57,348 nt of DNA from Candidatus Latescibacterota bacterium (GTDB lineage Bacteria > Latescibacterota > UBA2968): positions 1-57,348 of the forward strand of contig JAYODI010000029.1 of the NCBI GenBank assembly GCA_038279365.1. The letters are read 5' to 3'. Position 1 is the stretch's first letter, and each line of letters opens with the position of its first letter. The notes under the pieces are model-generated. The model had not been told where the DNA came from, ran no database searches, and was given only the letters and a program-made list of their open reading frames with translations. The position numbers and the translations under genes were made by a program. Of this stretch, positions 1 to 11,199 are shown in pieces.

Positions 1-965
<965 letters not shown>

Positions 966-1082
966 ATTATATTAATTGAGAGTGTCCAAACATCGGACTT
1001 TTTTTACTTAAATGTTACACTGAAGTTCTCAAGAATTCTTGAGAACCTACCAAGCTTTTATTGGCACATGCACGTTATTTGA

Positions 1083-1095
1083 TTTTCAAAGAACA
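1083..1095 (-). promoter_or_regulatory. boxA-like antitermination element in the rrn leader
   Basis: Minus strand reads TGTTCTTTGAAAA, resembling rrn boxA TGCTCTTTAACA, located between the promoters and the 16S gene. Confidence 0.65.
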
Positions 1096-1125
1096 GGCGC
1101 GTTCAACTCGCGCTGACAAGCATTT

Positions 1126-1337
1126 AATCTACAAAGTTACTTCTTAAAAGTCAACATCTTTTTTCAAAATTCTTTTCTTCTAAACCGCCCCCGCAAAATT
1201 TCCAGCGGAGAGTTAAGAAGATACAAGTTACTTCTTAAAAGTCAACATCTTTTTTCAAAATTCTTTTCTTCTAAACTGCCTCCGCAAAATTTCCAGCGGA
1301 GAGTTAAGAAGATACAAGGTCAGATATCGAAAGTCAA
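1126..1337 (-). promoter_or_regulatory. Three tandem sigma70-type rRNA promoters
   Basis: TTGACT-N17-TATCTT (1337-1309), TTGACT-N16-TATCTT (1245-1218) and TTGACT-N17-TAGATT (1154-1126), each preceded by A/T tracts resembling UP elements. Confidence 0.8.
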
Positions 1338-1358
1338 CATCTTTTTTAAAAAAATTCT
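1134..1358. repeat. Tandem direct repeat, ~91-bp unit, 2 near-identical copies plus a partial third
   Basis: aagttacttcttaaaagtcaacatcttttttcaaaattc... starts at 1134 and 1225; aagtcaacatctttttt recurs at 1331. Confidence 0.95.
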
Positions 1359-1828
1359 CCACGCACCGTAGATTCTTTGACGTCTACCTCCCCTTCAAAT
1401 TGCCTCAGATGCGCAAGTGCAGCAGCAATATCTTTGGCAACCCATGCATCAGACTCTATTTTTAAAGCACTTTCAAGCGTAACAATTGCCTCAGGTTCTT
1501 CAATTTGCATCAATGCAAAAGCGGTCACCTGCCTGATATCTCGATCTGCATCCATCATAAATGGCAACAGTATTTTTAAAGCGGCCTTAGAGCGCAACAT
1601 ACCCAGCGCCCAAATAACCTTTGCCCGCACCTGAACGTTGTCATCATCAAGAGCCGCCAAAAGATGAGGTATAGACTCTCCCATACGCTGTGCACCCAAA
1701 AAAGATGCGGCTTGCGCGCGCTGTTTTGGCGTTCCCGATTGCAATTGATCGATATAACTGCTGTTTTCAGAAGAACAACCGCCAATAAGCACACCACACA
1801 ATAATATCGCGAGAGGGTTTACCCACAT
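1346..1828 (-). CDS. HEAT-repeat lipoprotein
   Basis: Signal peptide with lipobox LIGG-C; PBS-lyase/HEAT repeats ([38 protein letters not shown]); overlaps the hemL stop. Confidence 0.8.
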   Translation of the reverse strand: MWVNPLAILLCGVLIGGCSSENSSYIDQLQSGTPKQRAQAASFLGAQRMGESIPHLLAALDDDNVQVRAKVIWALGMLRSKAALKILLPFMMDADRDIRQVTAFALMQIEEPEAIVTLESALKIESDAWVAKDIAAALAHLRQFEGEVDVKESTVRGEFF

Positions 1829-3108
1829 ACCGCTTTCAATGCCTCATAATTGGCTTTGACCGTTGTCTCAATATCCTGATCTGTATGTGCCAAAGACACA
1901 AATGCACCCTCAAATTGAGAAGGGGCCAAATAGATACCGCGCTGTAACATTTCGCGAAAATACCGCGCGAACAACTCTTGATCACACGCATTGGCAGCCT
2001 CAAAAGTGGTTACGGGTTGTTCTGAAAAGAACAAGGTCATCATAGACCCCACCCGATTAATATGGTATTTGAGACCCAATGTCTTCAGGTTTTCTTTTAT
2101 ACCGAGTTCCAATGCCGCAGAGCGTTTTTCCAAAGTCTCATATACAGACGCATCTCGTAAGCGTTTTACAGTTTCATACCCAGCCGTCATAGCCAAAGGG
2201 TTACCAGATAGCGTGCCAGCCTGCGACACTTTTTTGCCCAATGGTGATATATCAGACATAATCTCCCGCTTCCCCCCAAAAGCCCCCACAGGTAAACCGC
2301 CGCCTATAATCTTTCCCAATGTTGTCAGATCGGGCGTAATACCATAAAGCCCTTGTGCCCCCCCAGCCCCCACACGAAAGCCAGTAATCACCTCATCAAA
2401 AATAAGCACAATACCCAAATCAGCAGTCAATTCGCGCAAACCACTCAAAAAGTTAGGCGCAGGTGGTACCACTCCCATGTTACCAGCAACGGGTTCTACG
2501 ATAATAGCTGCTATTTCGCCTTTGTTTTCGGCCACAGCTTTTTGCACAGCCTCCAAATTGTTGTAAGGCACAGTAATCGAATCTGCAGCTGTACCAGGTG
2601 TCACCCCAGGGCTGCTGGGTGCACCCAATGTTAAAGCCGATGAACCTGCTTGAATTAAAAAACTATCGGCATGGCCATGCCAACAACCTTCAAACTTGAT
2701 AATCTTATTTTTGCCCGTATGGCCTCTTGCCAATCGAATGGCCGACATGGTTGCTTCTGTTCCAGAGTTAACCATGCGCACCATTTCGATAGAAGGCACC
2801 ATCTCGGTCACCAAAGTGGCCATATCAACTTCTATTTGTGTTGGGGCACCGAAACTCGTGCCCTTTGTACACGCATTTTGAATGGCCTTATTCACTTCGG
2901 GGTGGGCGTGACCCAAAATTAATGGCCCCCAAGAACACACATAGTCAATATAAGTATTGCCGTCAGCATCTTTAATGTGTGAACCATGTCCTTCAGCAAT
3001 AAACAACGGCCCCCCTCCAACGGCACCAAATGCACGTGCCGGACTGTTTACCCCCCCAGGGATCACCTGTTGTGCCGCCTCAAAAAGCTCATTCGATCGC
3101 GAATGCAA
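1819..3108 (-). CDS. hemL: Glutamate-1-semialdehyde 2,1-aminomutase
   Basis: [62 protein letters not shown] start at 3108 follows GGAGGTG (ORF track 3126). Confidence 0.97.
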   Translation of the reverse strand: MHSRSNELFEAAQQVIPGGVNSPARAFGAVGGGPLFIAEGHGSHIKDADGNTYIDYVCSWGPLILGHAHPEVNKAIQNACTKGTSFGAPTQIEVDMATLVTEMVPSIEMVRMVNSGTEATMSAIRLARGHTGKNKIIKFEGCWHGHADSFLIQAGSSALTLGAPSSPGVTPGTAADSITVPYNNLEAVQKAVAENKGEIAAIIVEPVAGNMGVVPPAPNFLSGLRELTADLGIVLIFDEVITGFRVGAGGAQGLYGITPDLTTLGKIIGGGLPVGAFGGKREIMSDISPLGKKVSQAGTLSGNPLAMTAGYETVKRLRDASVYETLEKRSAALELGIKENLKTLGLKYHINRVGSMMTLFFSEQPVTTFEAANACDQELFARYFREMLQRGIYLAPSQFEGAFVSLAHTDQDIETTVKANYEALKAVCG

Positions 3109-3336
3109 ATCACACCTCCCAATCATATAGATATTTGTAGGAAATAATCATCCGTATTTCGATATGTTTGATCGCCATATACGACCCTTTTAGATTTCTA
3201 ACACGTCATCCGCAAGGATCTATTCCGACCAACGCCAATTAAGCAAATACTGTCCGACCACGTTCATACCCACTCTGTTTTTATGTTAACCTTAAATATA
3301 CCCCAGGAGCTTCTCTGTCAAGCGATTTCCTTTCAC

Positions 3337-3365
3337 TTGCGTCAAAAGAGAACCGTCCGTATATT
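3337..3365 (+). promoter_or_regulatory. sigma70-type promoter for the tRNA
   Basis: TTGCGT-N17-TATATT, ending 10 nt upstream of the tRNA. A divergent TTGACA at 3321-3316 probably serves hemL. Confidence 0.6.
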
Positions 3366-3374
3366 CTCACCTAT

Positions 3375-3450
3375 GCGGCAGTAGCTCAATGGATAGAGCA
3401 TCTGACTTCGGATCAGACGGTTGGGGGTTCGAGTCCTCTCTGCCGCACCA
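3375..3450 (+). tRNA. tRNA-Arg (anticodon UCG)
   Basis: 76-nt cloverleaf: acceptor GCGGCAG/CTGCCGC, D loop with GG and A20, anticodon arm TCTGA-CTTCGGA-TCAGA, GTTCGAGTC T loop, encoded CCA. Confidence 0.97.
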
Positions 3451-3455
3451 CTTAT

Positions 3456-3484
3456 AGAGGCTCCGATATGATATCGGAGCCTCT
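3456..3484 (+). terminator. Hairpin after the tRNA, probable terminator
   Basis: Perfect 14-bp inverted repeat AGAGGCTCCGATAT-G-ATATCGGAGCCTCT; the U tract is weak. Confidence 0.6.
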
Positions 3485-3529
3485 CTTACATTGTGCCAAC
3501 CTCGGCAAACGCCTTTTATCTTAAGTGCT

Positions 3530-6298
3530 ATGCAAAATCAGATCTCCATTCGCGGTGCACGCCAACACAATCTAAAAAACATAGACATTGATATTCCACG
3601 AAACAGCTTGGTTGTTATCACGGGGCCATCGGGCTCGGGTAAATCGTCATTGGCCTTTGATACCCTCTATGCCGAAGGCCAAAGGCGTTATGTTGAATCT
3701 CTGGCCACCTATGCCCGGCAATTTCTCGATGTGATGGACAAACCAGACGTGGATGCCATTGAGGGGTTATCTCCAGCCATTGCCATTCAACAACGCAGTG
3801 CAACGCGCAATTCGCGCTCAACGGTTGGAACCGTCACCGAAGTTTACGATCACCTTCGGTTGCTCTTTGCCCGCGCAGGCACACCGCACTGCCCAGTTTG
3901 TGGTCAAACCATTTTGCGTCACACCATAGAACAGGCCGTTGATCGTTTGCTCCGACTACCCGAAAAACAACGCATCCAAATTCTATCTCCCCTTGTAAGA
4001 AATGAGAAAGGGGCCCACCTCAGCACTTTTGACACATTGCGCTCTGAAGGTTATATCAGAGCACGTGTTGACGGTGACACCATTGCCTTAGATCACGAAA
4101 TTGCTTTAGACAAATCCATACCGCACACCATTGAAGCCGTGATTGATCGCCTGGTCATCCGCCCAGACATCAACAACCGATTGGCCGACTCGCTCGAAAC
4201 AGCCGCAGATCTTTCTAATGGTGTGGTTACCATTGACATCATAGACGGCGAAGCGTGGACATTCTCTACGCGATTTGCCTGCACGGAAGGCCATTTTGAA
4301 ATAGAAGAACTCGAGCCACGGCTTTTTTCCTTTAATAGCCCACACGGAGCTTGCCCAACTTGTGGCGGGGTAGGATCGATCCCTCAAATTGATCCAGACA
4401 GTCTCATCGCCGACCCTGCTTTATCACTTCTCGATGGCGCCATTGCCCCTTGGGGCATCCCCAAAGGCAAACGTCAGGTTGAGCAACTGCAGCACTTGGC
4501 CAAACACCTGTCCTTTGATCTATCAACAGCCTTTGGTGATTTACCTACCAAAACACAAGAGAGCATTTTAAATGGTGTCAAACAAAAGGGCTTTACATTT
4601 GACGGTATTATTCCAGAAATGCAGCGCCAATTTGATCAAGCTGCCACAGAAGAAACCCAAGAAAAATTGGCACCCTATACACAATACAATACCTGCCCAG
4701 ATTGCAATGGTGCAAAGCTTCGTCCTGAAGCACGCGCCATCACATTGGCAGGACATACCATCAGCGATATCGCCAACCTACCCATCCAAAACTTACATGC
4801 CTTCTTTGATTCACTGGATCTGGCAGACAATATCGGCGAAATTGCAGCCCCTATCATTCGAGAAATCCAGAACCGCCTTAATTTCCTAAAAGATGTTGGC
4901 GTAGATTATCTCACACTGTCTCGAAAGACGGCTACGCTCTCTGGGGGTGAGTTCCAACGCATTCGCTTGGCCACACAAATGGGTACCAAGCTGGTTGGCG
5001 TGCTTTATGTACTCGACGAACCCAGCATGGGTTTACACCCAAGAGACAATCGCAAACTCATCTCCACATTCTGCCAATTACGCGATTTGGGCAACTCAGT
5101 CATTGTCGTAGAACACGACAGCGAGACCATGTGCACAGCAGATCATCTCATTGACCTTGGACCTGGCGCAGGAGAATTAGGCGGTGAACTCATTGCACAA
5201 GGCACCCCCAAAGAAGTGATGGCCAATCCCGACTCGCTCACCGGGGCGTATTTATCTCAGACAAAAACCATCCCGCCACCGCCCAATGCCCGATCAGCCA
5301 AAAGCCATATTACCATCACCAAAGCAACGGGCAATAATCTTCAATCTGTTACAGCCCAAATCCCCCTTGGTGTATTTGTGTGTATCACCGGTGTTTCTGG
5401 GTCGGGAAAAAGTTCACTGATTAATGGCACACTTTATCCGGCACTGGCGCACCGTCTTTATAGAGCAACACAAAAACCGTTGCCATTTGGTCAAATTGAA
5501 GGCGACACCCAAATAGACAAAGTCATCCGTGTCGATCAGGCACCCATTGGGCGAACTCCCCGCTCAAATGCGGCCACTTATACGCAATTATTTGGTGCTG
5601 TGCGCGAACTCTATGCCCAATTGCCCGAAGCCAAAGTACGCGGCTATGGTGCAGGGCGTTTTAGCTTTAATATGAAAGGGGGGCGATGTGAAGTTTGTCA
5701 AGGCGATGGGGTTCGCAAAATAGAAATGCACTTTTTGCCCGACGTTTATGTTACCTGCGATGCCTGTGCTGGCATGCGTTACAACCGAGAAACCCTTGAA
5801 GTGCGATTTAAAGGCGCATCCATTGCCGACATACTCAAAATGACCGTTGACCAAGCACTCATTTTTTTTAGAGACATCCCACAAGCCCAACGCCAACTCA
5901 AATCACTTGCCGATGTGGGTTTGGGTTATTTGCGTTTGGGGCAACCAGCCACAGCCCTGTCTGGCGGAGAAGCCCAACGCATCAAACTGGCAGCAGAACT
6001 GTCTAAAATATCTACGGGCAATACACTTTATCTGCTTGACGAACCCACCACCGGATTGCATTTTGAAGACATTCGCGTCCTCATAGACGTATTGGACCGT
6101 CTGGTGGATCGAGGCAATACTGTGCTTGTGATTGAACACAACCTTGATGTGATTAAACGCGCAGACTGGATCATCGACCTTGGCCCAGATGGCGGTTCTG
6201 GAGGGGGACAAATAGTCGCCACAGGCACACCCGAGCAAGTGGCCCAAAATCCACATTCTTATACAGGTCGATTTCTCAAAGAGGTATTGGCATTATGA
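3530..6298 (+). CDS. uvrA: Excinuclease ABC subunit A
   Basis: [10 protein letters not shown], two Walker A motifs ([16 protein letters not shown]), two LSGGE signatures and CxxC zinc sites. ATG 3530 fits the family N-terminus (ORF track 3491). Confidence 0.98.
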   Translation: MQNQISIRGARQHNLKNIDIDIPRNSLVVITGPSGSGKSSLAFDTLYAEGQRRYVESLATYARQFLDVMDKPDVDAIEGLSPAIAIQQRSATRNSRSTVGTVTEVYDHLRLLFARAGTPHCPVCGQTILRHTIEQAVDRLLRLPEKQRIQILSPLVRNEKGAHLSTFDTLRSEGYIRARVDGDTIALDHEIALDKSIPHTIEAVIDRLVIRPDINNRLADSLETAADLSNGVVTIDIIDGEAWTFSTRFACTEGHFEIEELEPRLFSFNSPHGACPTCGGVGSIPQIDPDSLIADPALSLLDGAIAPWGIPKGKRQVEQLQHLAKHLSFDLSTAFGDLPTKTQESILNGVKQKGFTFDGIIPEMQRQFDQAATEETQEKLAPYTQYNTCPDCNGAKLRPEARAITLAGHTISDIANLPIQNLHAFFDSLDLADNIGEIAAPIIREIQNRLNFLKDVGVDYLTLSRKTATLSGGEFQRIRLATQMGTKLVGVLYVLDEPSMGLHPRDNRKLISTFCQLRDLGNSVIVVEHDSETMCTADHLIDLGPGAGELGGELIAQGTPKEVMANPDSLTGAYLSQTKTIPPPPNARSAKSHITITKATGNNLQSVTAQIPLGVFVCITGVSGSGKSSLINGTLYPALAHRLYRATQKPLPFGQIEGDTQIDKVIRVDQAPIGRTPRSNAATYTQLFGAVRELYAQLPEAKVRGYGAGRFSFNMKGGRCEVCQGDGVRKIEMHFLPDVYVTCDACAGMRYNRETLEVRFKGASIADILKMTVDQALIFFRDIPQAQRQLKSLADVGLGYLRLGQPATALSGGEAQRIKLAAELSKISTGNTLYLLDEPTTGLHFEDIRVLIDVLDRLVDRGNTVLVIEHNLDVIKRADWIIDLGPDGGSGGGQIVATGTPEQVAQNPHSYTGRFLKEVLAL

Positions 6299-6945
6299 TT
6301 CGTATTGATTTTGGAACCCTCTACGAATTTGAACAGGAAGACACACAACTCAAACAAGAAAATCGGCAAAAAATTGCCGATTTCATTGCCCTTTGTGAAC
6401 AACACCAAGCCACAATTATTGAACAACGCGATTGGGGTACCCAAGACTTGATTCACTATGTGGGCATCACCCCCCACATGGTCATTAATATTACCATATC
6501 AGACAAATATCTGGCCATTCAAACCAGCCAAATACGTGAAAAGTTTACCACCTATAAAGCAGAATACATTTCAGTACCCGACCGTATGGCGGTGTCGGTT
6601 GAACAACCACCCGTAGAAAAAATGGGATTGCATGAAGTGATTCCGTGCCCACATTGCAATAAAAAAACACCTTACGATGGCATGATGCAACATTGCGTAC
6701 ACTGTGGCGAAACCCTCGACAACGTCATCAAAGTGTGCCCCAATGGCGAACAAAAAGTCGCCTTCCATCCATCCTTTACCTATTGCCCCAACTGTGGCAC
6801 AGAACTTGTTCCTGAAATATATGATGGCCCCCCATTGACAGAGATGGATCCCAACAGTCTCATATGGGGCATGCCACTCCAAGACGAAAGCATCGAAGAT
6901 GATGGTCTTTTTCCCGAAGATCCATCATCACCACCATTCTCATAA
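6295..6945 (+). CDS. Hypothetical protein with double zinc ribbon
   Basis: CPHC...CVHC and CPN...CPNC pairs, acidic/Pro tail; ATGA overlap with the uvrA stop. Confidence 0.7.
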   Translation: MIRIDFGTLYEFEQEDTQLKQENRQKIADFIALCEQHQATIIEQRDWGTQDLIHYVGITPHMVINITISDKYLAIQTSQIREKFTTYKAEYISVPDRMAVSVEQPPVEKMGLHEVIPCPHCNKKTPYDGMMQHCVHCGETLDNVIKVCPNGEQKVAFHPSFTYCPNCGTELVPEIYDGPPLTEMDPNSLIWGMPLQDESIEDDGLFPEDPSSPPFS

Positions 6946-6979
6946 AAAACCGCCCGATTAAAATCGGGCGGTTTTTTTT
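6944..6979. terminator. Bidirectional intrinsic terminator
   Basis: AAAAAACCGCCCGATT-AA-AATCGGGCGGTTTTTTTT between convergent genes. Confidence 0.9.
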
Positions 6980-6985
6980 ATGTGT

Positions 6986-7996
6986 TTATCGGTTTTTATA
7001 TTGTCGCTGGTAATAAGCCTTGTAATCGTCCCCCTCTTTAATTTTTCGCCACCACCCCTCATTTGCAACATACCATTCGGCAGTTAAGCGCAACGCACTT
7101 TCAAAATTGTGCTTGGGTTGCCACCCCAAATCCATTGCTTTTGCAGCATTGAGAGAATATTTCATATCATGCCCAGGCCGGTCTGTCACATGTTTAATCA
7201 GATCTTTTGGCTTTTCTAAAACATCCAATATCTTTTCTACAACCTCCATCCCATTGGCCTCATTCTCTCCACCTACATTATATGCTTCTCCTGCTGTCCC
7301 TTTGTGTAAAACCAAATCAATTGCCTCACAATGGTCTGTTACATACAAATGATCGCGAACAGCAGAACCGTCACCATATACGGGCAAAGACAAATTGTCT
7401 ATTGCATTGGTAATAAACAATGGCACACGTTTTTCAGGATATTGGAACGGCCCAATATTATTGGATGCACGCGTAATCACCACAGGCATCCCATAAGTAA
7501 TTGCAAAAGATTGGGCCATCATATCTCCTGCGGCTTTGGCCACAGAATATGGGTTGCGAGGTGCCAAAGGCGAGGCCTCTGTCCAAGGTGCTTCGCCATC
7601 GGCCAAAGAACCATATACCTCATCGGTACTCACTTGTAAAAAGCGTGCCACATCGTGTCTTCTGGCGGCATCCAACAGGGTATACACAGCCAATGCATTG
7701 GATCGCATAAAATCTTCTGCTCCCATAATGCTGCGATCTACATGGCTTTCGGCTGCAAAATTGGTCACATAATCCACACGCTGCATGAGATAATCAACCA
7801 ATTCGGCATTGCCAATATCCCCCTGCACAAACTCGTATCGCGGATTATCCACTACATCTTTCAAGTTTTCCAAATTGCCCGCATAAGTCAGCTTATCCAA
7901 ATTGATGACGTGATAATCATCATATGTCTTTAAAATATGACGTACAAAATGGCTGCCAATAAACCCAGCTCCACCTGTTACAAGAATTGTCTTCAC
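6986..7996 (-). CDS. rfbB: dTDP-glucose 4,6-dehydratase
   Basis: GGAGFIGS, DKLTYAGN, FAAESHVDRSI, VSTDEVYGS, YSVAK, DRPGHD. Confidence 0.96.
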   Translation of the reverse strand: MKTILVTGGAGFIGSHFVRHILKTYDDYHVINLDKLTYAGNLENLKDVVDNPRYEFVQGDIGNAELVDYLMQRVDYVTNFAAESHVDRSIMGAEDFMRSNALAVYTLLDAARRHDVARFLQVSTDEVYGSLADGEAPWTEASPLAPRNPYSVAKAAGDMMAQSFAITYGMPVVITRASNNIGPFQYPEKRVPLFITNAIDNLSLPVYGDGSAVRDHLYVTDHCEAIDLVLHKGTAGEAYNVGGENEANGMEVVEKILDVLEKPKDLIKHVTDRPGHDMKYSLNAAKAMDLGWQPKHNFESALRLTAEWYVANEGWWRKIKEGDDYKAYYQRQYKNR

Positions 7997-8030
7997 AAAG
8001 AACCTCTTTTCAATGAGTGTATTTTCAGGG

Positions 8031-9005
8031 CTATAAAAATAACTTCACCATCATGCCCAAATAACCCAAATACAAAACAAACAAAAATATACCTTCACCA
8101 CGTGAGAGTTGGTGACGCGTACGCATCACGATCAACATACTGATCACCATCACCAACATAGCAGGAAAAGAAAAGTGGATCACACGAGGCTGAACCACCA
8201 ATGGATTTACCAATGCAGATGCGCCAGCAATCCAGCAAATATTTAAAATATCTGCACCGAGAATATTGCCCACCATCAACTCGCCATGTCCTTTTTTAGC
8301 GGCCATCACCGCAGTGGCAATTTCGGGCAAGGAAGTGCCAATAGCCACAACCGTCAAACCAATAACCGCCTCGCTCACACCCAAAAAAGATGCAATCACC
8401 ACAGATGCATCAACAATAAAATGACTGGCCCCCAACACCCCCACCAAACCAACCACAAACCACAAAATGAGCCCCCCCACCCCTTTACCTTCTATAGCTT
8501 CTTCGATCTCTGCCAACTCTTCTAAGTTTTCTGTTTCTTGCGAACGCTTACGTGTGACATAGGCAAAAATGGTATAGATCACAAACAGAAACACCAAAAC
8601 ACCACCCTCACCTCGGCTCAAGGTATAATCATTGAAAACCATCGCATAAGCAATAACATCTACCACAATCAAAAAGAAACCCGTTGTTTTCAACAAATAA
8701 GGATTAATAGCAATTGGAGCCGCCGCAAAAAACGCTCCCAATCCCAAGGCCACACCATCATCCACAATGACCGACCCCACCGCATTTCCCAATGCCATCT
8801 CCGGATGTCCTTGCAATGCAGACATCACCGAAACGGCCAACTCTGGAGATGTTGTTGCCAAACTGACCAACACAATGCCTATCAGCATTTGAGGCACGTT
8901 TAAATATTCTGCAATTCCCACTGCGCCATCGACAAACCAATCGGCACACTTGGTTAACACCACAAAACAAATAACCAAAACACCTACAGCAACCCAAACA
9001 CTCAC
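8031..9005 (-). CDS. Calcium/sodium antiporter (CaCA, YrbG-like)
   Basis: Two alpha repeats (SLATTSPEL, AIGTSLPEI), GNILGADILNI, ~10 hydrophobic segments. Confidence 0.92.
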   Translation of the reverse strand: MSVWVAVGVLVICFVVLTKCADWFVDGAVGIAEYLNVPQMLIGIVLVSLATTSPELAVSVMSALQGHPEMALGNAVGSVIVDDGVALGLGAFFAAAPIAINPYLLKTTGFFLIVVDVIAYAMVFNDYTLSRGEGGVLVFLFVIYTIFAYVTRKRSQETENLEELAEIEEAIEGKGVGGLILWFVVGLVGVLGASHFIVDASVVIASFLGVSEAVIGLTVVAIGTSLPEIATAVMAAKKGHGELMVGNILGADILNICWIAGASALVNPLVVQPRVIHFSFPAMLVMVISMLIVMRTRHQLSRGEGIFLFVLYLGYLGMMVKLFL

Positions 9006-9091
9006 GACATACTCCTATCTCCAAAAATAAAACAAGAAGACCGAATGATCTGAATATCTAATCCTCAGATATCATCTGCCTCCTATTTCTT

Positions 9092-9865
9092 TTATATAAC
9101 AAAAATCTCGCTTGGTCGCTCTTGCAATGCAACCGTTAATGGGAAACGTCTAATCCCGCGCTTTGTAAACATATCTTGGCATGTTTTGCGTGCCAAGTCA
9201 GGGTGATTGTTCTGTTCACTCAAGTGGGCCAAAACGGCTTGTTGCATACCCTCTTCGGCCAAATCACACAACGTCTCTGCCGCGCCATCGTTGGGCAAAT
9301 GACCATGTCTGCCACTAATCCGCTTTTTGAGATCCCAAGGATAAGGTCCGTCCATTAACATCTTCCGATCGTAATTGGCTTCAATGACCACCAAGTCTAC
9401 AGATTTCAAACGTTGGTAAACCAACTGCGTCATCACACCCATATCGGTGGCAACGGCCATGGAGGCGGAACCATCGCTCACGACATAATTAACCGGATCG
9501 GCAGCATCATGTGGCAAAGGAAAGGGCTGGAAAGCCAAATCACCAATAGAAAAACCTTCATCCTGGGCAATCACACGCACACGCTCTGCACCTGTAAACG
9601 TTTTTTTTGAGCCATCCAAGGTGCCCTGTGTCATCCATACAGGGAAACCATATCTACGGGCCATAACGCCTACACCTTTTATGTGATCGGAATGCTCATG
9701 GCTGACCACAATGCCCTGCAAAGTTGCCGGATTCACGCCAATGCTGCTTAAACGGGTCTCGATTTGCTTGCCCGTTAAGCCCGCATCAATTAATACACTT
9801 GTTGTGCCATTTTGGATATAAATAGAATTACCCGCACTGCCACTGGCCAATAAACACACTTTCAC
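9092..9865 (-). CDS. MBL-fold metallo-hydrolase (YycJ/WalJ-like)
   Basis: LASGSAGN, HEHSDH, PHDA, EANYD, YPWDLKKRI..HGHL, HLSEQNN. GTG start at 9865 follows GAGGAG (ORF track 9925). Confidence 0.9.
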   Translation of the reverse strand: MKVCLLASGSAGNSIYIQNGTTSVLIDAGLTGKQIETRLSSIGVNPATLQGIVVSHEHSDHIKGVGVMARRYGFPVWMTQGTLDGSKKTFTGAERVRVIAQDEGFSIGDLAFQPFPLPHDAADPVNYVVSDGSASMAVATDMGVMTQLVYQRLKSVDLVVIEANYDRKMLMDGPYPWDLKKRISGRHGHLPNDGAAETLCDLAEEGMQQAVLAHLSEQNNHPDLARKTCQDMFTKRGIRRFPLTVALQERPSEIFVI

Positions 9866-9976
9866 CCAACAACTCCTCTCAATCAAGCGGTCGTTTTTCG
9901 GCTTTCGGCTTTTTTGGCCACACACACAGGTGGTCGTGACTGACCGCTGATTGCTGATTGCTGATTGCTATTTGCT

Positions 9977-11194
9977 CTAATAAAACGCCATACTCACAAA
10001 AGAAACCATCTGCTGTGTGTCTTGATCTACAATATGATCATAGTTCAACAATTCACCTCGCTTGGCATCCATAACTTGTAACATTGTATAAATGGATGAT
10101 GTGCCACATACGCGCGTGCGGTCACATTCTTGAATGACCACATCAAAATAACCATCGGCATCCATTGCACCTGCTTTTTTAATTAAAGCCTGGTCCACCC
10201 TTTCCACATCTGCTACAAAACCGTCGGTCAACACATCTGCATCACCAAAATGTTGCCCCACATGGCTTAAATCGACACCTGCAATCAAACACACGCGTTT
10301 GCCCGACACATTCAACACCTCTTTTAAACCTTGCACAAACTCCGAAACCACAGGCGCAGTTTGAGGCATTTTCTGTTTTTCAACCATTTCATGGAACGAG
10401 CCACACAAAATAGGAACAAAAGGAATGTCTTGGTCGGGATAGAGATATTTTAAAAACACAGCTTGAAATTCGATGGCATGTTCTTCTTTGTGTGCAAATT
10501 CATCGGCAAACACATCCAAAGGTGCCCTTTTGGCAATTTGATCAATGATTTCACGATCTGCTCTTAAAACCCCAAAAGGCGTTTCAAAATCTTTGCGACT
10601 CATCACAAAGGGCATACGAGCCGAATGCCCCGTGCCCAGCACCACGAACAAATCAGGAGCAGGCGACTCGGCCAAAGCCTTATATGCCCAAGCAAAACAA
10701 GGCCCGCCTCGGTTAAAATCGATATGCGGCGCAATAAGTGCTCTGAGCGGTTCGGCACCATTTCCGTGAGGACGCCCAGGCCCTGCATCAAAAAAACCAT
10801 CAATCATCAGTCTCAAAACATTTGGATCATCAGGATAAGACAACCCAGCATGAGCAGCAGGTCTTATGGACGCTTGCCGAAAAGCCATTTCATTTTCACG
10901 CCGTCGTGTTTGATAACGTGCGTTGCGAAGCAAAAAAGCCCCATCCAATTGTGCAATGAGTTGACCAATCTCCTCAAGTGTAACAGAAGCACCCGAAAAC
11001 TGCTTTGCAAAAACGGTTTTTAAATCTGTTACCGAATGTAATCCATCCATATGCGAAATCAAAAAATAGGCGGCAGGCGGCACGGCCAAACCGGGGGCCA
11101 ATCCTTCAGGATCGCGCAAATAAACCAACTGCTTCCCTTCTATTTCCGTCGGAAATGCATCGACATATCGCACCAATGGTTTTTCAATCATCAC
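9977..11194 (-). CDS. AmmeMemoRadiSam system protein B (MEMO1 family) with N-terminal extension
   Basis: RPAAHAGLSYP, IAPHID, ETPFG, HKEEHAIEFQ, DLSHVG, VCG. Confidence 0.85.
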   Translation of the reverse strand: MMIEKPLVRYVDAFPTEIEGKQLVYLRDPEGLAPGLAVPPAAYFLISHMDGLHSVTDLKTVFAKQFSGASVTLEEIGQLIAQLDGAFLLRNARYQTRRRENEMAFRQASIRPAAHAGLSYPDDPNVLRLMIDGFFDAGPGRPHGNGAEPLRALIAPHIDFNRGGPCFAWAYKALAESPAPDLFVVLGTGHSARMPFVMSRKDFETPFGVLRADREIIDQIAKRAPLDVFADEFAHKEEHAIEFQAVFLKYLYPDQDIPFVPILCGSFHEMVEKQKMPQTAPVVSEFVQGLKEVLNVSGKRVCLIAGVDLSHVGQHFGDADVLTDGFVADVERVDQALIKKAGAMDADGYFDVVIQECDRTRVCGTSSIYTMLQVMDAKRGELLNYDHIVDQDTQQMVSFVSMAFY

Positions 11195-11199
11195 ACAAC

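Noticed and set aside
1134-1345. CRISPR array
   Set aside because: The 91-bp units are contiguous with no unique spacers and no cas genes; they are explained as promoter duplications.
3110-3270. Small uORFs (15 and 22 codons) and a repeated TGGTCGGA in the hemL leader
   Set aside because: Too short, weak ribosome binding sites, and no terminator or convincing structure.
3264-3291. dif-like site (TTATGTTAAC resembles the XerD arm)
   Set aside because: The XerC arm does not match, and I see no skew inversion around it.
3451-6945. Integrative element at the tRNA-Arg 3' end
   Set aside because: No integrase, and I found no duplicate of the tRNA 3' end; the flanking genes are housekeeping.
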